Source: Fonticula-like sp. SCN 57-25
Lineage: Eukaryota
NCBI GenBank assembly: GCA_001724245.1
Contig: MEDX01000041.1
Coordinates: 1 to 32,738 of the forward strand
DNA: 32,738 nucleotides
Reading direction: 5' to 3'
Shown in pieces: positions 10,318 to 21,116 of the stretch. How positions within the stretch are numbered: position 1 is the first letter of the stretch; the number at the start of each line of letters is the position of its first letter. Below the pieces are notes generated by a model. It was not told the origin of the DNA and searched no databases. It saw only the letters and a program-made list of their open reading frames with translations. A program made the position numbers and the translations under genes.

Positions 10318-10329
10318 TGACTATGAGAG

Positions 10330-10830
10330 CTACATGGTGGTTTGCGGCGCGCGCGCGGCCGTCGTGTCCAGCGGCGGGAGCTTGAGCGACTGCTTGGTGT
10401 GCATGAACGTCACGCCGCGGCGGCGCAGCTCCTCGCTGGTCGTGTTCTGGCGAATCATCGGAAACAACTCCTCCTCTTCTTCTCTGACGTGGCGCTTGAC
10501 GTTCTTTTCAAGCTCGAGCAGCAGCCTGTCAAACTCGGGATCCGCGAAATCCACCTTGGTGATCTCCTTGAGCAACGTGGCGACGGCCTTGTGGTCCTGC
10601 ACGGCGCGCCGCGCCTTGGTGTGGGTCGCCGCGCTCACGCCCTCCAGGATCGGGTAGACAAGCCGCTCCTCAAGCGCCGAGTGCATTTCGAGCTCGTTGG
10701 TGAGCTTGGTGAAAAGCCTCTCCCGGTCCGAGCCCTTGTCCTTGAGCTGCGCAAACAGGTGGTTCATGCCCTCATGCTCGGCGGCAAGAATGTTGAGAAG
10801 ATCCGGCTCTTGATGACTCGGAGCGCCCAT
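10330..10830 (-). CDS. Hemerythrin-like / HHE cation-binding domain protein (single exon, 166 aa)
   Basis: Repeated H...HxxxE ligand pattern: LAAEH, MHSALEERLVYP, VQDH, RHVREEEEELFP. Confidence 0.9.
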   Translation of the reverse strand: MGAPSHQEPDLLNILAAEHEGMNHLFAQLKDKGSDRERLFTKLTNELEMHSALEERLVYPILEGVSAATHTKARRAVQDHKAVATLLKEITKVDFADPEFDRLLLELEKNVKRHVREEEEELFPMIRQNTTSEELRRRGVTFMHTKQSLKLPPLDTTAARAPQTTM

Positions 10831-11583
10831 GACTACTGTCCGACGTATGCAGAAAGGAACGCAGCCACAAACAACTGGCCTCCGTTCCTTTTATCCGCGG
10901 CCATCCTCACCCAGGGCGGACCACCCCTCAGGGCGCCCGTCTAGCAACAACATGCAATAATGCAATAACAGGCGAGCCCCAAGCCCACGTGGTCAATTCC
11001 ACGGCCGATCCCCGTCGATCTGATTGGCTCAATGGCGTCGATCGTTCAAGGGGCAACAATCGATGTCCCACCAACATTCTCGCGGTCGGGTCTTTCGGGA
11101 TCCTCGGATCACCCTGGGGACGACCATCCCCGCGGCCCCACCGCCCGCCGCCTCAGCCAGACGGCTGAGCTTGCTCTAATGTCTATTCCGGCGCTCCCGC
11201 GCACATGTGCACACGAGAAGCCAATGACTTTGTGAGGACAAGCACGCCATTGGAACGCTTGCCAATGGTGGGCCGTTTCACTGGAAGGCAGATCTATATT
11301 TCCTTTTTGGGACAGGATGGGTGCAACATTCGCATCGCTCCCACAGTCGCTCACAGGGCGCAACCTTTCTCTTCACCTGCGGTGAAAATCCTTCTCGGGG
11401 ACCAGCGCGTTTTGCCTGCCCCGGCAGTCTTTCGACAAGCTTCCTGTTGCTTTTCTCCGTGTCGAACTGCTCGCCGCTGCCTCGCTATATCTCTCTACGC
11501 GTCCTGTCGATTTAAAGACTGCCTTTGCGAAGGAAGGTGATTTTACGGTGGTAGATCTTGCGTCGGGTGACTTGAAGCGGATC

Positions 11584-12249
11584 ATGGGGACGAGTGTGAT
11601 GGACGGCCCCAGCGGCATGCACGCAAAGCTGCCGAGGGTGCTCGAGATGGAGGTGCTCTTTCCGTCGACGGCGTTGCCGCTGCCGTCAATGAATAGCCTC
11701 TTTCGGTCGGATCCCGGGCTAGTCGGCTTCCGCACGTCGCCGTCGGCCGCCGTTCCGGTGGCGCCGATTCTGTGGGGCACCGCGCCGGCAGTGCAGACGG
11801 GGCATCTGCCCATCACGAGGAGTACTCTCGGCAGCCCCGCGCTGGTCGACGTACAGCCGCATGTCTACCCTCCGCCTCGCCCGGCGGAGGAGGAGCGTCC
11901 GGCCCGCGAGGAATCGGTGGAGGAGAACCGCAACGGATCGCCGGCCCCCGAGGCAACAGCGGCGCCGACCCGCGAGGGAACTCCGCGCGCGCTGCGCTAC
12001 TCGTGCACGCTATGTCGCAAGTCGTTTGCGCGACCAAGTTCGCTGGCGACGCACATGCACTCGCATACGGGCGAAAAGCCCTTTGTCTGCACGCGAGACG
12101 GCTGCGGCAAGAGCTTTTCGGTCATGAGCAACCTCCGCCGCCATCTTCGCATTCATGTCAAGTACACGCACGAATTCCTCGGCCGGGACAGCATCTTCAA
12201 GATGAACGGCGTTACCGCCGCTCGCCCGGATGAGCCGCGCCCGCTGTAA
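11584..12249 (+). CDS. Two-finger C2H2 transcription factor, FlbC-like (start codon 11584 or 11599)
   Basis: CTLCRKSFARPSSLATHMHSHTGEKPFVCTRDGCGKSFSVMSNLRRHLRIH matches the fungal FlbC-type finger pair (RPSSL.TH...FSV.SNLRRH); Pro-rich N-terminus with LPLPSMNSL. Confidence 0.85.
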   Translation: MGTSVMDGPSGMHAKLPRVLEMEVLFPSTALPLPSMNSLFRSDPGLVGFRTSPSAAVPVAPILWGTAPAVQTGHLPITRSTLGSPALVDVQPHVYPPPRPAEEERPAREESVEENRNGSPAPEATAAPTREGTPRALRYSCTLCRKSFARPSSLATHMHSHTGEKPFVCTRDGCGKSFSVMSNLRRHLRIHVKYTHEFLGRDSIFKMNGVTAARPDEPRPL

Positions 12250-12637
12250 GGTCGGCGTTTATTTTGTGGTTTTGGGCACAGTGTTGTGTAAGTCTAGCTA
12301 GATCGTTTTGCGTGCCATGGCTCTTTTGTCAGCCATGCGCCTCGGCTGGTTATACTTTTTTTTTATGTTTCAAGTGCCTCTACTGTGCAGTATCGATACT
12401 CATTGTTAATGTCCAACCCAACCTTTCTGGGTCATGTGTTTGTAGTTTACCTCCCTTTTTTAAAACCTTCTTGTGCATCAGCATCGCAACTCTTACTCGG
12501 CGCATCCCGTCAATACATATATTAATCACTCTATTACACTGATACTCTTGCCAAACATTACCTAGTTCATATGCCCATACACATTATTACACATTTGCCA
12601 ACATTTCGCACGATATACTGCTGTACACGCATTGTGA

Positions 12638-13960
12638 TTACCGCTCTGCATTGTAGAGGTAAACCTTTCCGTTGCTGTACCCCGTCACGATGGATCCCCC
12701 TGCTACCGCTACGCAATCAACCGCCGCGCCATTGAGCTCGCGCTGGCACAGCGGCCCCATTGGCGTTGCCGGGCTGCGCAGGTCCCACAGCAGCAGCCTC
12801 GAGTCCTGGCCCCACGACACGACGCGGTGCGGCCTGTCGACGCCGTCGTCGCCGCCCGGCGCCCCAAACAAGCCGCTCACAAACTCTGCGCCGTATACTT
12901 CGTCCGTGTGGCCCCTGAGGACGGCGCGCGGCTCGCGCGACTGCAAGCTCCACAGGCGCACCGTGCTGTCGTAGGACGCCGAGAGGACGACCTTGTCGCG
13001 GCCTTCCGAGATGCTGACGGACATGACAGTGTCGCTGTGGCCTTTAAACTTGCCAGCCAGCCGGTACGGGAACGGCGTGCGAAGAGCCGCCAGCAGCTCC
13101 TTGCCGGCGCGCGCGGCCAGGCTGTCGGCCGCTTCGGCGGCGGGCAGCGCGTGGCCGCAGCCGTCGAGGCTGTCCCATGTGCGCTTGACGGACCGCGAGC
13201 GCTCCATGAGAACCATGTTGCCAGCAGAGCCGCCAACGATGAGGTAGCCGTCCTGGGAGGCGAGGCTCAGTACCTGGAAGGGCACGCTGATCGCCGAGAC
13301 CAGCTCGCGGTTCGCGCGGTTCCATACGCAGACGAGCTGCTCCAGGTGGCCGGTGATGAGAAGGTCGTCGGTGACAACCATGCAGGTTATGTGCGGCGCG
13401 AATAGGCTCTTAAAGGTCGCGCGAAGCTGCCAGGTTGCGGGATCCCACGCGTGGACACAGCCGTCAAAGGCGGCAGAGTAAACCGTGCCGTTCGGCGCCG
13501 TCGCGAGCGTCGAGACGGGGCCACGGTGCGCCGTAATTTGGCGGCAGACATGGTGGCGCGTGCGGTCGTACGCGACGATGAAACCGTACTCGGTGCCTGT
13601 CACGACGAAATCTGGGGTGAGGCAGAGGCTGAGGCACGACGAATGATTAAGAGGGAGCCGCGTGACAGTGAAAGGCCTCCGCGCCCACAGCTGCTCCTCG
13701 CGATAGAGCGTCAGGAAAGCACGCTGGAAAAGGCGCGCTTCGGCTGGAGAGGGGAATCGGTGCGACTTTATAAAGCAGTGCCACAGGTACGAATCTTCCA
13801 GCACGTTCTTCCATCGCCGGCACACGCGGGCCAGCGACGCAAGCGTCCCAATATGAACAAACTCGAAAATACGCAATAGACACTCGGGTGGGAACAACCC
13901 AAGCGCAATTATGGCGTTCGACTCGCCCGAGCCGGCTACAGAGCCTTGACTCGGCAGCAT
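12638..13960 (-). CDS. F-box/WD40 repeat protein (single exon, 440 aa)
   Basis: F-box FPPECLLRIFEFV...LARVCRRWKNVLEDSYLW followed by WD40 repeats (AHRGPV...VHAWD, GHSDTV...VRLWS, GHTDEV...LLLWD). Confidence 0.92.
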   Translation of the reverse strand: MLPSQGSVAGSGESNAIIALGLFPPECLLRIFEFVHIGTLASLARVCRRWKNVLEDSYLWHCFIKSHRFPSPAEARLFQRAFLTLYREEQLWARRPFTVTRLPLNHSSCLSLCLTPDFVVTGTEYGFIVAYDRTRHHVCRQITAHRGPVSTLATAPNGTVYSAAFDGCVHAWDPATWQLRATFKSLFAPHITCMVVTDDLLITGHLEQLVCVWNRANRELVSAISVPFQVLSLASQDGYLIVGGSAGNMVLMERSRSVKRTWDSLDGCGHALPAAEAADSLAARAGKELLAALRTPFPYRLAGKFKGHSDTVMSVSISEGRDKVVLSASYDSTVRLWSLQSREPRAVLRGHTDEVYGAEFVSGLFGAPGGDDGVDRPHRVVSWGQDSRLLLWDLRSPATPMGPLCQRELNGAAVDCVAVAGGSIVTGYSNGKVYLYNAER

Positions 13961-14048
13961 GGCGAAAATTGCTTGTTTGAATTGGGTGCCAATGTGCCAC
14001 GCACTGCCATCGAAAACTCCTTGTTTAGTTTGCGCGCCTTATTTGACG

Positions 14049-14090
14049 CTGATTCTCGATTGATTTTCGCCTGATTTTGCCTGATTCTCG
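14049..14090 (+). repeat. Four-copy degenerate tandem repeat (YTGATTYT core, 10-11 bp period) immediately upstream of the focadhesin ATG
   Basis: TGATT cores start at 14050, 14061, 14072 and 14082. Confidence 0.7.
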
Positions 14091-14091
14091 G

Positions 14092-17000
14092 ATGGCGAGC
14101 GTGTCGGTTCGCGCCAAAACAGCGGATCTCGTGCACGACGAGCCGCGCCCGGCGGTCCTGCTGCAGCGGCTCAGGCGAGCGAGCGCGCGCGCCGGCAATG
14201 AAATAGCACAGCAGTATGTGTGGGCTGTGGCGACACGCGGCACGATGCCGGACTGGGCGGTTGCAGCCGCATGCGACGTGCTGGTGCGCATACCCGATTT
14301 TACTTGCGCGACTGACGCAGGACTCAGGTGACGTGGGTAAAGACGGGCGCGCTTGACGCTCTGGCGGCAGAAAAGCAGCTTTTAGTGGCTATATTAGCGC
14401 TTCAAGTAGAGCATGCAACCATCCTGCTTGACGCGCTGCTGTCCATTCTGCCCCTGGATAGTCGCGACGCCCTTCTCGCCATCGCCCGCCAGCGGCCCAA
14501 CCTGATGGGCGCCATTCTACGCCAGGCACCCACGCGCATCCCGCTCGTTCGTTTTCTTGCAGCGGCGCCGGACCGCACGTTGAGGTCGCATTTCCCAGCC
14601 CACTTTGCGCGCGCCGCCTTTAGCGGCGCCGCCGAAGACGACCAGGTCGTGTGCCTCGAGCTATACTTTGCCGCCCTGGAGGACTTTCAGGCGGACGAGG
14701 CGCTGCTCGTGATTGAAGAGTTGCTTTTGCGGCGTGAAAAACTGACGCGTAGTGACGATATTGCCTATATTCTGCTTGAATTTTCCCTGCGGGCTTCCTC
14801 CCTTGGTCTTTCAAAGGTCGTTGCCGCTGCCTTTCGCGCCGCCCACATCCTCCTTGGCTCGCAAAATACCCAGCTCTTGTGTTGCGTTGGCGCAGCCCTC
14901 ATTTGCAGCGCACTTTCGAGCGTTGATATTTGCTGCGCTGTGCTCGATAAAGTTCCCGACGCCGCATGCCTCGCGCTTCCGCTCCACCAGCTGGTCTGCG
15001 TGCTCGGCCCCGGCCAGCTCCGCGATACTGTCGCCGCCCGATCCCGCGCCTGCAGTTTGCTGACAGCGATTGAATGTGATGACTTTTCCTCGCGTGTATT
15101 GTGTCCTCGCGTATCGCTTGTGGCGGCACTTGCGGCGGCGGCGCGGCAAACCCCGGGCCATTTCCTTGACCAGGTTGCCCCCAAACTCGCCTCTGCGCAC
15201 TTTGCCGACGTCGGCATCATTCTGCCGTTTGTTGGCGCATTTGCGCACATGAATGATGCTTCTCTGAGGGCGTCGGCTGTTACTGCGCTCGGCTCTGTCG
15301 CGCGCCGCGACGCCAACCAAGCTGCGATGCTCGTCTCGTTTGCGCTCGCCGTCATTGCCACAGAGCGCGACGCCGAAGCGCTTTCTGCCATGCTCTTTTC
15401 GCTGCCTCTTTTCGCGACAGGCCCCGCCGCGTCTGTGGCCGTGCTGCGCATCCTGCGTGGCTTTGCCTCGAACGCCGGCCTTCGCCCCACCGTTATCCGT
15501 GTCCTGATGACGCTCGTTGCGACGCGAGGCGAAGGCTTTTCGCTGCTTCACGTTCTCCTACACAAGACGCTCGCTGAGGAGAACGGCCCCGCCGCCGCAC
15601 GAATCGTTGCCGCGCGGACAGTCCACCAGCTGCTTGCCGACCGCGCGACGGCCCTCGTGAAGCCTCTCCTTGCCATGGTCATTACGTTTGTCCCGCGCGA
15701 GCGCGACCAGTTTGTCCGCGCGGCGCTGCTGGACGGCCTCGTCGAGTGCTGTGCGATGGAGCTTGTCGGCTCGCTGGCCGCATGGTCGCACGTCGTCGAT
15801 CGCTCGGACCTCTTGAAGGACGCACGCGTGCCCGTGCGCGCCGCCATCTGCCGCCTCGGCGAGGCCATCCTGGCCGACACGGCCGACCTTGCGCATCGCC
15901 TCGAGGGCGGCCAGGTCCTTTCGCCCAACGCGCTGCGACTGCTCGACATTCGTGCAGCGGCCATGCGAGTTCTCGTGCAGACCGCGTCGCAGGGCAACCC
16001 GTCGCAGGCGCACGTGGCTGCTGCACTCGTGGCTTTGGCCGGCGTATCACAGCGCACCGTTGAAGCCGACGGCGTCACGCTCGTGGACGGCCTTGCGCAC
16101 GATGCGGCGCTTGTCGTCGGCCAGCTGGGCCATGAGAGCACGCCGGCGCTGCGACCCGCTGAGGAAGAGGCGACGGCGGCGTTTCTGCACGCTGCAGCCG
16201 CCTTTGAGGCGTCTCACGCGCGGCGCGGGCCGGCGTCCGGCCACGTGTCCAGGCGCGCCGCGCCGCCGGCCGGTCCGCTCGTCGAGACGGAGGCGTTCCT
16301 CGCGACCGCCGCTCAGCGTGCAACTTCGTCGGCACAGCGCGCTGCCATGACAGGCGCGCTTGCGTTCTGCCGCACGTCGCTCGCGGCGTCTTGGCTCCAG
16401 GACAGCCTCGCTGCCGAGATGCCGTCCGAGCCGTGGCTCATGCGAACCGCATGTGAGGGTTGGTCGCGACTTTTTACGGCTCACTTTTCCGCCACCGACG
16501 ACGAGGTACAAATGTTTTCTTTCGGTGTCTTTTTACTGACAACTTCATAGGGCAATGTGCGTGAAATGTTGTCGACGCTTGCACAGATGGCGTCGCAGCG
16601 CGGCCTGTCTTCTGGCCGCCGCGTCGCCGTCCTGTTTGCCCTGGCGGGTCTCGCGAGTGCGGCGCGCCACCGCGACGTACCGCTCTTTTACCCGGCCGAG
16701 TCCGCCGTCGACGCCTTTTTGGCCATCCTCGAGGGCGACGACGCGCTGAGCGAGGTGAGGAGCGCCTCCGCCATTGCTTGCGCCGTTGCCGCCGCGTGCC
16801 TTCACTCGGACGACGCGACACGGCTGCCACGCCTGCTTGCCGTCCTCGCGCGCCTCCATGCCAGCGCCGACGACGAGGACTGCCAGTCGGCCGCGGCCAT
16901 TGGCTACGGTGTGCTGACGTCAGCGCACAAGGCGACCGGGGTTGCCCCGCAGGCGACCTTTGCCACCAGCGGCGCGCTCATTGCGCACTGGCAGGCGGCG

Positions 17001-18680
17001 GCGCTTTGTCGTTCAGACGCGCCGCTCCCTGATATTCCGTCGGCGGCCGCCATTGGAAAGGCCATGTCGGAGCGGCTTCCCAAGGTGCTTGCCTTCCTGC
17101 GCCCGCTGGGCGACGCGCTCATGTCGCCGTCCCTTTCGGCGGACCAGCTCGACACGCTCAGGTCGACCGCCCAGATGCTCGAGAGCCTTATTCTGTCGGT
17201 ACGTCAACCGGTTTTGTGAATTTTTTTGGTCAATTTCTGACACTTTTTGCAGAGCGGCGCTCACTCGGCCGCCCTGCCTGTCTTTATTCTTTATGCGGCG
17301 GCAGTTCGGATGTCGGCCGACGTGAATGTCCGATTCGAGTACGCGCAGCGTTGGCTTGCCGTTGCGGACGCTGCCGATGGGTCGTCTGACGGTGTCCCCG
17401 CGTGGCACCGCCTCGCCGCCGTCTCCGCCGCCGGCGTCGTCCTTGCCATCGACCCACTTCTGCCGCCGACAACCACTCTCGAGTCCGTCAGCGGCGCTCA
17501 GCTTCAAGAGGCGTCAGCGATGCTCACGCGCATTGTTGGGCACGCGACCGATGCGCGCACGCTCAAGGTCGCCGCGCTCATGCTCGCAAAGGCGGCGGTG
17601 GCGCGCGCGGCGCTCGGCGCGAGCCGACATGATGAAAAGGTGGCGACGCTGACGGCGCTTATGGTGAAGAGCCTCGCGCGGTCGTCGCACGCGTCGCACC
17701 GCCGTGTGCTGATGCGCGCGCTGTGCGCCGCCGCGCCGCGGCAGGTAGATGCAGAGGCGCAGTTGCTCGTCCCTGCGCTGCGTACAAGCCTAATGTCAGA
17801 CGACGAAGCCGGCGCCGCCACGGAATGTGTCCTTGAGCACGCCGGCACGAGCAAGGCCGTCGGCGAGCTGCTCGCTGACCTGCTTAGTGCGCCGCAGCCG
17901 CGCATCTTTGAGCGCCTTGACAAGCTCGTTGCGTGTACCCCGACGAGCGAGGCGCTCATTGCGCGGCTTGACGCCGTCGTGCGCGCGGCGTCAACCGAAT
18001 CGGACTGCGCTGCGCTGCTTGTTGGCTTTTCGCGCGCGTGGAGAGCCGCGGCAGACGCTCGTCAGCCTGTCATTGACGCGCTCTGGTCGGCCACGGCGGC
18101 GTTTTTCAACGGCGCTGCATTGCATTTCCCGCAGCTGGCGAGGCGGGCGTCGGCCGTTCTTCTCCCTGCGGCACCGCATGTGCCCTGGGACGGCGTTCTT
18201 GCGCGCCTCCCCGACGCCTCCTTTTCCATCGCTGCCGCGTGCGCCGTCAAGAGTAGCACTGCCGCCGACGACGCAGTCAAACGCAAGGCGACGCTCGTGC
18301 TGTGGGACTCCGTCGCGCGCCTCGTCGACGAGCCGAACGCCAATCTGGCCGCCGCGGCGCGTGCGATGGCCGCGGGCCTACTGGACGACGAACTTGTTTC
18401 GCTGCTCGACGTGGCGGCGCGCGTCAAGCAGCCGGGCCGCGTCGGCGCGTTGTGGACCGCGACGGCGGTTGAGCGGTGCAGTGCCGCGTCGTGCGCGGCC
18501 AATGGCGAGCGCTTTATTGGGACGCTGGCTGGGCAGATGACGCAGTTTGACGCTCTGCACCGCCGCCTCGGGCAGGCTGGGTTGCAGAGCGTGGACCGCA
18601 TGCTTGTGCTGCAGGGTGCAGCGAGGAAGAGCGCGTGGGCGCTGCCACCGTCTGACTGGGATGCGGCCATTTTTGCATAG
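14092..18680 (+). CDS. FOCAD: Focadhesin/RST1-like ARM-repeat protein, ~1481 aa; exons 14092-14283, 14328-16505, 16551-17198, 17253-18680
   Basis: Long helical Ala/Leu-rich protein. N-terminal YVWAV...AACDVLVTWV and central MLFSLPLFA...VLRILRGFASNAGLRPTVIRVLMTL resemble focadhesin DUF3730 segments; three canonical introns keep frame. Divergent, recognised from memory. Confidence 0.68.
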
Positions 18681-18753
18681 ATAATGAATATACAATGCCA
18701 TAATAAATTATGATTATTATCCTTTTGTACATTGTAATAAGACAAATAATATA

Positions 18754-21035
18754 TTACACAGAAGCAGACTTTTGCAAAGCATCAACGAGCGCCGTCTTTC
18801 GGAAGCGCCTCGCCTCACTAATCACCGCACTCCTCAACCAAGCAGCGTCGCCCGCCGCCACCGCCGCGATCTCGGCCACAACCGGCGCACTGTCCCTCAC
18901 CGCCGACCGCAGCATCCTGAATATGCGTGCTCTCGCCATTCGCGCCTCCTCTGACGGCGCAGCGACCTTCTGCTCGAGCTGCGCGTCAATCCACAGCCGG
19001 ATACGCTTTGCAACTGGCTCGCCCGTGGCCCCGCTCGGTACCTCCTCATCAACGCCCGGCTCGATCGCGACGACGGTCGATGCGGCGCTCTCTTGGTCAT
19101 ACTCGTCGCGGTAGTCAGCGGGCGCCTCCACATTGACGTCATCGCGCTCAGCAGTAATGACATCACGACTGCTCTTTGCCGCCGCCGCTGCTGCTGCGTC
19201 TGCCGCTGCCCGGCCCGACGCGCCGCCTCCCATGGCCGCTCCGCCGAGCTCGTCTGCTTCGTCGACCATCATGGCGGCGCTCCTCTTGAATGGGTTGCCA
19301 AAGTAGGGCTGACGGCGCGCAACGTCCTGTGTCTCATCGACGACGCGCGGTTGCTCACTCTTGGCCATGCGCGGCAGGTAATCGCTCATCTCTGCTATGC
19401 TGACGCTGTGCTTAGCGCCCGTAAAGAGGTCGGCGGCGCGCGGCGCGACGAGAGCAAGTCGCATGCGCAAAAGCTGGTCAAAAATCTGGCTGCGCTCAAT
19501 GTCGAATGCGTTGCGTGTAAAGTCACGCGTCTTTGTGGCGGCGGCGCGCGGCCGCACACCGTTGCGTGGTGGGCGAACCTCAAACTGATTGCTCTCAAGC
19601 GCAGTTTCGCCCTGCTGCAGCATACGCACGAGCAGCGCGCGGTACGGCGATGCCGCGCGCAAATGATCGCGGTGGCGCTGCAACACAGGCTCCATCCACG
19701 GCGTGAGCGACTGCAAAAAGGGAACCATCGTCGGCCAGTAGTAGTGCGGCAGCGCCTGCAGGTACTCGTCCATCGCCTTCTTCCACTCGGCGGGCGGAGG
19801 CGCGTCCGGACCGGCCGCCGTGCACGTGTCCATCAACAAAGAAAGCGTGGGAAAGTTGTACGGCAAGAGGTGGAGCTGCAGGCCGCCGTTCCCCGACGGG
19901 CATAGCAAGGCGCACGGCTGACCGAGGCCCGCCTGCCGCCCGGAATTACGCACATAGACGTGCCAACAGACGCCTGCGCTCGCCTTGGCCAGTGGCGCCG
20001 TTAAAGAACACAGGTCCACGTCAAAGGCACTACGCGGCATGCGCTTGTTCAGCGCGGCCGTCTGGTCGGTTGGTACGACCACAAGTGCGGGCACGGCAGA
20101 ACGCAGCGGCGGCGGCTCGCCGGCAAAGTCGGGCCAAAAGGACTCTGGTACTTTAAGGCTCGGCGCGCCGGGCGTCGGCGGTTCGGCGTACAGAAGCACA
20201 CGGTGGCTGCGCGACGGCTGGCCGCCCTGCGAGGCCTCCTCAAAACTCACCTGCATGCCGGTGAGAAGCTGGCCGAGCGACGGCGGGTACTGGCGCTTTG
20301 CCCGGGACTCTGCCCCGAACTCCATCGTCTGGAGGAGGCGCTTGAGGCTGTGCAGGACAATGCTGCGGCCGCCGGTGCGCTCGGCGAGCGCGCAGAGCGG
20401 CCACGAGGTGATGTGCGAGTCGGAAAGAGTGACGCCGGGGGCGGTGGGCGACGTCAGGATGAGGTTGATTACGCGGTAGTCCCAGCTATAGGGCTCGAGG
20501 CGGAGCTCGCCAGACGAGGTCGTCAAGTTGAGGCGGCTCGTCGCGCCGCCGACATCGGTGATGACAATGAACACGGCGGGGCGAAAGTAATGCGGGTTGC
20601 GACCTTGGCAGTACGTTTCGGAGCGGCGGCGCTGAAAGTTGATGAGATCGAATACGTTCTGGAGACTCGCTGTCGGATCGGCTGGATCTACAGCCGACAG
20701 CATCTTTACCTCATCTAGAAAAGTTATCGTCGAATTGGCATTTGAGTGGCGCTTGAAATACTAAAAATGAATTAGATAAACAATAAAGTCAATATTCAAA
20801 TACCTTTAGGCCATATGGCGGCTCTTCAAAGGTCGAGAGGATGTACTCGTCAGGGCGCGGGCCCCGCGTCTTTTGTCGCCGCTAGAATCAAGGTGAGCGA
20901 CAACCACCAAAAAAACTAAAACAATACCCTAACAAAATGCTCGACGGCGCTCTTTGCACAGTCCAGCATTGTCAGTCCGTGGCTGAACCGCTGCCCCATT
21001 GAGGGGCTCGTGTCCACCACGAATATAAAGTCCAT
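18754..21035 (-). CDS. INTS6: Integrator complex subunit 6, ~730 aa; exons 21035-20928, 20881-20804, 20760-18754
   Basis: VWA start MDFIFVVDTSPSMGQR...LDCAKSAVEHF, QGRNPHYFRPAVFIVITD, LEPYSWDYR, PESFWP, LPYNFP, HSVSIAEM and FGNPFK are conserved INTS6 motifs. Confidence 0.9.
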
Positions 21036-21116
21036 CCTCGGCTGGCCGCGGCTCGCAGCGGCTCGCCGGCTAAATGCTGATGTCACGAAATCAACTTGCA
21101 AACTGCAAACTTCACC

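Noticed and set aside
11032-11540. Short ORFs in the hemerythrin/zinc-finger spacer
   Set aside because: No domain similarity, codon bias or convincing splice structure; the region reads as promoter and 5' UTR.
12250-12637. 92-aa ORF and ACATT-rich repeats between the zinc-finger and F-box genes
   Set aside because: Composition fits convergent 3' UTRs; the ORF does not begin with ATG and shows no coding signal.
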